Shown piece by piece: positions 10,299 to 18,813 of a stretch of DNA of 64,000 bases (positions are counted from its first letter, which is position 1; each line of letters begins with the position of its first letter). This DNA is from Histomonas meleagridis 2922-C6/04-290x (taxonomy: Eukaryota; Protista; Parabasalia), in assembly GCA_020184695.1 (NCBI GenBank), contig JAANOX010000014.1, positions 186,001 to 250,000 of the forward strand. Direction: 5' to 3'. The position numbers and the translations under genes were made by a program. The notes under the pieces were generated by a model that did no database searches, was not told the DNA's origin, and saw only the letters and a program-made list of their open reading frames with translations.

Positions 10299-10454
10299 CC
10301 TCTTTCATAATTCATAAATTAAACGTACACAGGAATAGGTTTATGATATAAAATTACTCACATCTTCAACTACAGGTACATGTTAAATTTCGAGAATAGC
10401 GGTATATTAAAAAGCCAGAATACTGTAGAAAGAGATATTCGAGACTCATCAAAT
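10299..10454. repeat. Dispersed direct repeat, copy B
   Basis: Diverged copy of 7721-7895 lying just upstream of the locus 1 ankyrin gene. Confidence 0.85.
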
Positions 10455-10586
10455 GTAATATTAATATGCTGATTTCAAAATATCCATAGAAACTAAAAAA
10501 GTTATGAAAAGATTACAGTGAACAATATATTTTTATTAAAATTCGCTGAGAGCAAATTTGTTGCTGATTTATTTCTGCTCCAAAAA

Positions 10587-11200
10587 TTAGTAAAAACTAC
10601 ATTTATTTTCTTTGCTGTTGTCGTTTTGGTTGCTTTTATAATGATCCAAAGCTGTTTCAAAGGCAATCTTAAAAACTTGTTCGAGGTTTCGTCCTGTTAA
10701 TGCAGAGCATTCAATGTAAGTAATTGCATGGATTTCATTGTATAGCATCTGGCCTTTTGAGGTGGGAATAGGAGCTTCTTTTGGTTGGCATTTAGAAGGG
10801 TTTTGTTTATACTCATCTCTTAAATCAGATTTAAGACCAACCAAAATAATCGGAACGCCCTTGCAGACATCCGTACCTGCAAACTCGGGAATATACTCTT
10901 TTTGAATATTTTCAAAAGATTGCGGATTAACCAATGAAAAGCAAGCTAATAAAACATTTGCGTATGGTGCGTAGGTTAAAGGTCTCAATTTAGCGTAGCC
11001 ACGGTACGGAGAAGCCTCTGCGATAGCAAATTCAATTTGTTGATTATTCCATTCAATAATTTGGTTGTACCAAGCTTGTTCATATTTTGTGTATTATCAC
11101 GAAAATCATGGTAAAGATAACTACGTGCCATTGAAGTCTTTCCAACACATGAGTCACCTGTAATAACAATTCTGGGAGGGCCATTAAATCTGGTATCCAT
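10587..11200 (-). CDS. Divergent Rho/Rac-family GTPase with one frameshift (error or pseudogene)
   Basis: RIVITGDSCVGKT (G1) is in one frame. After a 1-nt shift near 11095, YTKYEQAWYNQIIEW...KLRPLTYAPYANVLLACFSLVNPQSFENI...VPIILVGLKSDLR...YIECSALT and the C-terminal CSFY (CaaX-like) follow. Confidence 0.85.
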
Positions 11201-11797
11201 TCGAACTTTCTGCAGCTCGAAAATTTTGCTTTATAGGAGAGAACGTTAATTTTTTGGAATTTTGTTTAGCGCTTTTTTGGAATATTTTTTCAGAGAAGAC
11301 GTTATATGGCAGACGTTTAATAATTCATCAAGATGAATAATAATATTAATAATTTTGGAATTTATGATTTGTTAATTTTTTATATCAAATATTTTGTACT
11401 GTCACAAAATATAAGTGTAACACTTAGTTTGATGATATTTGTGTTATTACCAATATCAATTTTTTTTCGTAAATATTGAAATAGAACAATGTGTCACTAT
11501 CAAAAACGCATGAAACACAAAAAATAAAATAAAAAGTTTATATTTATCAACCAAATTATATCCATTGATCATCTTCAATAACAAAATCATTAAATTTTTG
11601 ACTTCTTCAATTTGTTTATAATCTGATGAAGAATTATTCGAATTTTTATAAATTTGATCCAATTTGTTAATGATTCAGCTGATTCATTTGAAAATTGTTG
11701 ACATTTTTGAGAAAAATTAAATATCAAATGAAGTTCATGAAATATCTTATGGAAAGCATCAATGTTGGAAAGCATGAAAAATGAGTTTGATGAACCA

Positions 11798-12151
11798 TTA
11801 TACATTTTCAAAATTATTTTCTATCAATTTTTCAAGCATAGCTTTGGTGATTTGAGTGTCTTCTTGGAGTTCTTTTGACATGTCCTCTGCTTGTTTCATT
11901 GTGTTTTGAAGGTGATTAAGAACATTTGAAGCAGAAAGCAAAACATCCCGTAATTCATACATATTGCATTTGTTTTGTATTGCTTGAATTGTTTGTTCAT
12001 TGAGCTCTTGGAGAATCTTTTTTGTTTGGAGATTTGATTCCTCGAGCATCTTTATTTTTTCTTCTTGATTCAAGCACATTTCTTCAATATACAATTCATC
12101 ATCTTCTAATGGTATTAACTCAACTAAATCAGCATTTTTTTCTTTTTCCAT
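11798..12151 (-). CDS. Small coiled-coil hypothetical protein (117 aa)
   Basis: First ATG-initiated part (MEKEKNADLV...) of the 170-aa ORF; acidic heptad pattern. Confidence 0.55.
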   Translation of the reverse strand: MEKEKNADLVELIPLEDDELYIEEMCLNQEEKIKMLEESNLQTKKILQELNEQTIQAIQNKCNMYELRDVLLSASNVLNHLQNTMKQAEDMSKELQEDTQITKAMLEKLIENNFENV

Positions 12152-12206
12152 AAAATTTTTTTGTTCTCTTAAATTAACTATGTTTGTTCGAAGCAAAGAA
12201 GAAAAA

Positions 12207-12401
12207 ATGGCAACAGTTGAAGAGCTGGACAAAGAAGTAAAAGAAATGACAGAGAAAATTACAGAGCTTGACCAAAAGGTTGATGAACTTATCCAAAAGT
12301 TCAAGAACATACCAAGTCATACAAATAATTATTTACCTTTTGTTGCTGTTTTGGTGAGTATGCTCATCCTTTTGCATGAGCTTTTCACCTCTGTTTCATA
12401 A
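12207..12401 (+). CDS. Small coiled-coil protein with C-terminal hydrophobic anchor (64 aa)
   Basis: MATVEELDKEVKEMTEKITELDQKVDELIQKF heptads followed by YLPFVAVLVSMLILL, which looks like a tail anchor. Confidence 0.6.
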   Translation: MATVEELDKEVKEMTEKITELDQKVDELIQKFKNIPSHTNNYLPFVAVLVSMLILLHELFTSVS

Positions 12402-12547
12402 CCAATCATTTTCTATTTATTATCAGTAAAATATTTTCCATATGAATTTACATAAATAAACAAATTCATTTACACTAAACTATTGACAATAATTTCATTA
12501 TGTTCTAAAATAAAAATCGGACTTAAAAAGCTTTATTACAAACCAAA

Positions 12548-15500
12548 TCAGTTCTTGTAACCACAGACCACGTAAGTATGATATGTAGTTCCTTTTACGT
12601 CAACTTCTCCTCTTTCCTTAATCACAAACCCTTTATCGAAGACCAAATCGTATACATGTTGTGGAATTTGGACATGCATTGGAACTCCATTATGCTCCAT
12701 CATTGCTGCGAGGTTAATTGCGGGTCCCAAGATATCGAAAGTTGGCTTCTGTATACCCAAAACTCCTGCAGTGATTGGTCCACCAGTGTTAATTCCAATT
12801 CTCACTCTCAATGATTCATTTAATTCCTCATTTAACTTCGGTATCTCTGCTATTACATCAAGTCCAAATGAGATAGCCTGTGTTGCATGTTCTGATGGTT
12901 GATTGACCTCATCAAAAATTCCTCCAGCGCACATATAACAATCACCAATACACTTGATCTTAGTCATTCGATCGTACTTCTTAAGGATTTGATCAAGTGT
13001 AAAGAATAATCGATTTAATGTGGACATAATATAATTCGCTGGATGCGACCCGCACCACGGTGTAAAGCTCACAATATCGATGAAGACGATAGAGGCACTC
13101 AGTACTGAAAAGTAAACGTTCTTCTCGCCTTTTTGTAGACGTTTAACAACCATTTGTGGCAAAATCATTGATAACAAGCTTTCATTCCTAGCTTTTTCTT
13201 CTTGGAGTAAGGTTCTTGATACAACAGTACTTGTAATGTCTTTCATTGACATAACAATGAAAGAGATACCTTCTGGATTTATTGGTTTCATTTGGACCTC
13301 ACCATTTGCTGATATAGCTATAAAAGTAAGCTGAAGAGTAACGGGTTCACTTCCTTTCATTACATCAACTTCCATTACAATGTTTGGAGATCTTAAACAA
13401 TTCATGGCCCCATCAACAGCTTGATAGAATGCATGTAAGCTTGCTTCGTGGTCAGGAGGTGATACAAATAAGTCCAAAAGGCTCATTCCCAAAACTTTTT
13501 CGGGTGATTTTCCAATAATATTTCCGACTGCATGGTTTGCACTTCTTATAACCAAATCATTTGTTAAGAATAAAACGCCATCCAACAAATGTGAAACTAC
13601 GCTTTCATAAAAAGTAGATTTTTCATCATTATCTTCGTTATCATAATCACTAAAATCATTTGACAAAATTTTCATGATTGCCTTTGACTGTAAAACGACG
13701 CTTGGTTCACAGAACAACAAAAGTCTTAATGACCATTTTGCGTTTTCACTTGTTTTTAAGAACATTGGGATAATTAAGATTCCACAAATCATACCCAAGA
13801 TCACCAAAATTATTGATGGAATCATTATTTGACTTGTTTGCATAGTAGCGCATTGAGAAGTCACTGATTCTCTAATAACTTCGTATGCTGGTATAATAAA
13901 TTCGTTTTCAGATATTTCATTTAACCAAACTGGGATTAATGAAAATTCGTAATCATCCATTTGATAATATTGATAAGATTGAACTTCTGTATTATTAGAT
14001 AATAAATTATTCACCATTTTTTGTATTAATTGATAGAAGTAACTTACTGCGGAGTCATAACTTGATTGTAAAATAATTTGAATACTTTTGACCGGGACGG
14101 TTATTGCGTCAATGTTCACTTTATTTTGAGACAATAAACTAATCAAACTATCGCCGATAGAAGAGACACCGTTAGATTGATCGAAGTCATCTCCATATCT
14201 TAATTGGTTCATTAAGTCGATAATTTCTTGTAAACTAGTTGAAATTTTATCCAAATTTTCTTGATAATTATCGGGATATTTATTATTTAAGTTTGAATTT
14301 GCTGCGAAAGTAGTTCTTAATAATAAAATTAAATCCGATAAAATTCGTGAATGAGGTGAAGCTACTTCTTTATATAAAGGTAAAGTTGAAATTAATAAAT
14401 CTCCATTAGATTCAGGTACTAATGATAAACAAATGATTATAATAATTAAAAATATTGTATAAATTGCCATTATGATAATTGAACCAAAAGAACTTACATC
14501 CATTTTTTCTTTATGTTCGACTGATGTAGATAAAACTCTTAAAGCGTTTTCTTCTTGTGGATTAATTTGTGTAATGTTTTCACTATTTGTATCTTTACCA
14601 GATTGTGCATTAATTTGTTGTACTATTGAAGATACAACAGATTTTGGTAAAGATTTAAATGACTTAAAAACAATAGCTTTTTGTTTTTTAGACTTTTGTG
14701 TTATAATTAAAGTTACTACAATAATTATAACCCAATAAATGATTAATATTATTAATGTAATCATTTGATTATTTTTATAACTTGAATTAATATAATTTTG
14801 TGTCGATGATATTAAATGAGAAATTAAATATTCCGAATAATTTTGATATAAATTTGTTGTCTTAATAATCGACCAAAACTCATTATAATCTAAGAAATCA
14901 CTTTTTTTTGAAGTTATATCAATTGAATATGTCAATAAATTTGTAATTAATTCTCCAAATGATGTTAAGTTTTCAGTATATGTATTATAATTAGTATATT
15001 CATGACTAATGACTGATGATGAATATAAATAATTCATTGGTTCTTCAAAAAAGTTCTTTTCATATAATTCAGGCATCATACTATTAATTTCATTCATTAA
15101 TAATCGAATAGTTTCTGTGTTATCTAAAAGAGCTTTTTTATCATCAAGTTCATAATTAGGAGTAAAATTACTATAATCTAAAGTTTCATATATATAATTA
15201 AATTGTTCTTTTAAATTCTTATAATTATATTCATGCATATTTGAGAAAACATAATTATATGTATAAAATGATAACTTTGTAATTTCTAATGGTAATTTAG
15301 AAAACGCTTCAATTGATTGTACCATTAATTCATTAGTATTCATAATGTTTAATATGTTGACGAAAATTGGTATAACTACAACTGGTGTTAAAATAGTTAT
15401 TGTAAATATTATTAAAAATGGACCATATTTCGAAACTGGAGTTTTAACATTTTTTATCATTGATTCAATATATTGTTTTTGAGTTTTTATATCATCAGAA

Positions 15501-17302
15501 TTTAAATCATTTAAATCATCATTTTTACCAACAGTATTTAAAGAAGACATTGATTGATTCGGTAATAATAATTTCTTTTCAGCTGACACTAATTTATTAT
15601 GTTGTTCTTCATTCGGTAAAGTCGGAAATACATCAATTGCATATACATAAGATTTCTCTGCTTTCGATATTGATCCATTAGTTAATGCTTTATATAATGA
15701 TTTAATATGTTCTGATTCTTCTTTATCACACATAATATCATTCATAAATGTAGAAAACGCTCGAACGACATAAGGATTACTTGGATATGATATACGTAAT
15801 TGATTATATTCCCTTAAAATTTCTTCTTCATTTTTCTTTAATTGTGCTGATAAGTTTTCTAACTCAATAACATTACCACGAATAATACATTCCCATGAAT
15901 ATCGAATTTGTCCTCGACATTTCTCTGTTTTATCCTTTAATTTGGATAAACTTTTCTTTAAGCGTTTAGATAAACTACTTTCGCGATGTTGTAATATTGA
16001 TCGGATTTGGAATAAAATATGTTTTAGCTCTAAATCATTCTTCTTCTCTAAACTAATTAAATGTGCTAACGATGCTAAAATGGTCGATTCGGATGGATAT
16101 ATAGCAGCATAACGCGCATACATAACAAGGAGATAATGGTCGCCCGGATATTTCTCGATTGCAGTATTAAACAATTGCCATGTACAAACTTTTCGTCCTG
16201 TTTCAAAGCCATAACGTAAAAGTTCTAATAATCGATGATATGTAATGTTATTGATATAATCAATGTCATTCTCTAATGAATCTAAGTCTTCATTTAACTT
16301 AGGAATGCGACGATTAGATAAAAATGTCATTAAGAAATAAATACTAAAGAATAAAACTATTAAAACTATTAAAGTAATTTCATTTGCTGCTGTTCCTGTA
16401 AACATAAAAACACCATGAAGAATGGCCGAAATTATCCATAATATATGTAAGCTACGGAAAATAATGGCGGTGCTACGAGTTACCCAGATAATTATATGAA
16501 AGGTCATTAATAAATTAAAGACATTTGGAACTAATGAAAGAATTTGTAAAATGTAACCGCCCAAACCGCCTAATAAACCGCCAAGTGAAACTAAAGCAAT
16601 AGAAATACATAAACAAACATGATAAATAACAGTCTCTTTGGCATTAAGAATGTGTATTGTTTGTGGGCGAAATGTTATTGACGGTGACAAAAATAAATAT
16701 TGAATAAAGATGATGGAAATTAAGAAAAGAAGTACAAATATGGTTATAACAGTGGTTATGGCTATGTGTTCCCTTGCAATAAAATAGTAGATTTGTCGTC
16801 CTAATAATGATGATAAAATATTAAAAACAATTTGATTAAGACAATCAAAGGTACATGATAAAAATACAACTAAGTTCTTCGGTATTTTGGACATTTTAGT
16901 ATATAGATTAACAATAATAAGTATGGAAATTATATTGATGACTTGTAATACTAAATAGATAATTGAAATTATTAGATGAGCAAAGTAACTCGATCGTACA
17001 GGCATTAAATAAGCTGGGAATGTGAATACATTAAGTAGTTTTGCAATAAGTGAATCATCTCTCCATAAAGTTTTATCGAATGGAAATGTTAATGAAATAA
17101 ATATCTGGAAATAGAAAACTCCTCTAAATATATTCACGAAAATTTTGTTATTTGTTGACATTGTAGAAATATAATCAAAAAATCGAAAGGTAGAGTCTCG
17201 AAAATCTTTTAACCATGACCTCTTAAGAAGCCCATGATATTTTTGCCGATGGGTCTGTTCTGATGATCGATCTGAAAAGTGTGTATCTGAGCTATTTATC
17301 AT
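12548..17302 (-). CDS. Transmembrane adenylate/guanylate cyclase (PAS plus class III cyclase)
   Basis: 1584 aa with multiple N-terminal transmembrane helices, a PAS-like segment (LLDGVLFLTNDLVIRSAN) and a C-terminal cyclase domain (NESLLSMILP, FIDIVSFT, KIKCIGDCYM, RVRIGINTGGP, FDILG). This is the architecture of the expanded trichomonad transmembrane cyclase family. Confidence 0.95.
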   Translation of the reverse strand: MINSSDTHFSDRSSEQTHRQKYHGLLKRSWLKDFRDSTFRFFDYISTMSTNNKIFVNIFRGVFYFQIFISLTFPFDKTLWRDDSLIAKLLNVFTFPAYLMPVRSSYFAHLIISIIYLVLQVINIISILIIVNLYTKMSKIPKNLVVFLSCTFDCLNQIVFNILSSLLGRQIYYFIAREHIAITTVITIFVLLFLISIIFIQYLFLSPSITFRPQTIHILNAKETVIYHVCLCISIALVSLGGLLGGLGGYILQILSLVPNVFNLLMTFHIIIWVTRSTAIIFRSLHILWIISAILHGVFMFTGTAANEITLIVLIVLFFSIYFLMTFLSNRRIPKLNEDLDSLENDIDYINNITYHRLLELLRYGFETGRKVCTWQLFNTAIEKYPGDHYLLVMYARYAAIYPSESTILASLAHLISLEKKNDLELKHILFQIRSILQHRESSLSKRLKKSLSKLKDKTEKCRGQIRYSWECIIRGNVIELENLSAQLKKNEEEILREYNQLRISYPSNPYVVRAFSTFMNDIMCDKEESEHIKSLYKALTNGSISKAEKSYVYAIDVFPTLPNEEQHNKLVSAEKKLLLPNQSMSSLNTVGKNDDLNDLNSDDIKTQKQYIESMIKNVKTPVSKYGPFLIIFTITILTPVVVIPIFVNILNIMNTNELMVQSIEAFSKLPLEITKLSFYTYNYVFSNMHEYNYKNLKEQFNYIYETLDYSNFTPNYELDDKKALLDNTETIRLLMNEINSMMPELYEKNFFEEPMNYLYSSSVISHEYTNYNTYTENLTSFGELITNLLTYSIDITSKKSDFLDYNEFWSIIKTTNLYQNYSEYLISHLISSTQNYINSSYKNNQMITLIILIIYWVIIIVVTLIITQKSKKQKAIVFKSFKSLPKSVVSSIVQQINAQSGKDTNSENITQINPQEENALRVLSTSVEHKEKMDVSSFGSIIIMAIYTIFLIIIIICLSLVPESNGDLLISTLPLYKEVASPHSRILSDLILLLRTTFAANSNLNNKYPDNYQENLDKISTSLQEIIDLMNQLRYGDDFDQSNGVSSIGDSLISLLSQNKVNIDAITVPVKSIQIILQSSYDSAVSYFYQLIQKMVNNLLSNNTEVQSYQYYQMDDYEFSLIPVWLNEISENEFIIPAYEVIRESVTSQCATMQTSQIMIPSIILVILGMICGILIIPMFLKTSENAKWSLRLLLFCEPSVVLQSKAIMKILSNDFSDYDNEDNDEKSTFYESVVSHLLDGVLFLTNDLVIRSANHAVGNIIGKSPEKVLGMSLLDLFVSPPDHEASLHAFYQAVDGAMNCLRSPNIVMEVDVMKGSEPVTLQLTFIAISANGEVQMKPINPEGISFIVMSMKDITSTVVSRTLLQEEKARNESLLSMILPQMVVKRLQKGEKNVYFSVLSASIVFIDIVSFTPWCGSHPANYIMSTLNRLFFTLDQILKKYDRMTKIKCIGDCYMCAGGIFDEVNQPSEHATQAISFGLDVIAEIPKLNEELNESLRVRIGINTGGPITAGVLGIQKPTFDILGPAINLAAMMEHNGVPMHVQIPQHVYDLVFDKGFVIKERGEVDVKGTTYHTYVVCGYKN

Positions 17303-17596
17303 TGGTTACAAAGATTGTCCAATAACGTTTTTTATGAAAATTTGTGAAGCCAGAACCAGTTTCCATTCAAATTAACCGAAAAACTGCAATTTTGATAACG
17401 AAATTGAACGTTATACTGTATGAAAAACTTCAATATTTTCTTCGAACATGAAGATATATCTGAAGAAACTATACATTTTGCAAAAATAATTATAAATTAT
17501 GAAGACCTTATGTCTTTTAATGAAATAATTATTTGGATTAATATACGGACTTGAAAACTCGCGATTGAGTTGTAACATCCAAAATGGGGTGCCTGA

Positions 17597-17627
17597 AACC
17601 GTTAGTGGACGGTTTGGAATGGCCTTT
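17597..17627 (+). promoter_or_regulatory. M3/M5-like core promoter of RPS28 (AACCGTT, ACGGTTT, CCTTT)
   Basis: An inverted pair AAACCGT/ACGGTTT is followed by ATGGCCTTT 7 nt before the ATG, matching the T. vaginalis M3 plus M5 (CCTTT) arrangement. Confidence 0.6.
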
Positions 17628-17634
17628 CAAAAGA

Positions 17635-17835
17635 ATGGAAGAAGTCCAAGTAAAGTTAGCAGTCGTTAAAGAAATCATCGGACGTACAGGAAGCCGTGGT
17701 GGTGTTACACAAGTAAAGGTTGAATTCTTAGATGATACACAACGTTCACTTATTCGTAATGTTAAGGGCCCAGTTAGAAAGGGTGATATCTTGTCCCTTC
17801 TTGAAACAGAACGTGAAGCACGTCGTCTTCGTTAA
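17635..17835 (+). CDS. RPS28: 40S ribosomal protein S28
   Basis: [16 protein letters not shown]...[25 protein letters not shown] is the canonical S28e signature; ATG at 17635. Confidence 0.97.
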   Translation: MEEVQVKLAVVKEIIGRTGSRGGVTQVKVEFLDDTQRSLIRNVKGPVRKGDILSLLETEREARRLR

Positions 17836-18813
17836 AGGTCTATAAATAAAAATTATGCAAAGCTAATTATGATAATATTATTTTAAATCTTTTTAAATCT
17901 GGGTAAAATTACAAAAAGGATTGCTGTTTAAAATAAGTCACATTAAAGTTATTTCAAATCTATGTTAAATTGTTTTTCATAGTGATTAAATTTTTAAAAT
18001 GGAGAATATAATTTTGTAATTGGAAAAATGGTTAAATTACATGTCAATATGCATAGTTTTTATGAAAATGTATCGTTTAAAATAGGTCCAGTTTTAGAGA
18101 GTTTTTTTTCCCTATCACACTAGAAAATATATAAAATAATTCTCGAGAAATCATTTATAGCCTTAGTAGTGAACATTATACATATGTTTAATTTTTTGTC
18201 TATTTAAATTTGCTAAGAGATCTGTGGGGCCAAATTTTTTGTCGCCTGTTCTAGATTCTCGTGAAACTGGCGTTTTCATTCATTTTGATCGGTGTATAGT
18301 ACGTTAATGACATTTTTTAGATTTAACTTACATATCTCAATAAAGGAAGAAGATATTTTCCAAATTTCCGTAGTGTTCCATTTCTTGCATACATTCCTTT
18401 ATAATTATGCTATTTCTAATGATAGAAAATTTGTTGATTTGATTAATGATTTTTTCTAAGAAAGCTAAAGATCTTTAGCTATTTTTAATTTCATGAAATT
18501 GATTTGATCATAATTAATTCTATTGAAACTTTATAAATCGCTTTTACTTTTTCTTTATTTTATATATTTTTCATTTTGTCGATATGATTGATCATAATAA
18601 TAAATTATTTGCTTTTCCCTAATATTCTATGAATTGATTTATACATTCATGGAATTAACTCCATTTTGTAATTAACATATTTATGGGAATCTTGATTCAT
18701 TTTTGCACAGATAAAATGATTTTGGTCGGAAATACGATATAAACCGTTCAGGGAAGTGAAGTCTGTAACCGCCCAAAAGCACATTAACGGTTTATATCCT
18801 TCAAAAAGTCGCG

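Noticed and set aside
11456-11811. Two short overlapping minus-strand ORFs that might be one frameshifted gene
   Set aside because: Low-complexity AT-rich translation with no recognisable motif.
12660-12720. Cyclase motif NLAAMME lacking the usual transition-state Arg
   Set aside because: It may be a family-wide trait of trichomonad transmembrane cyclases; this cannot be judged without an alignment, so it is not claimed as novel.
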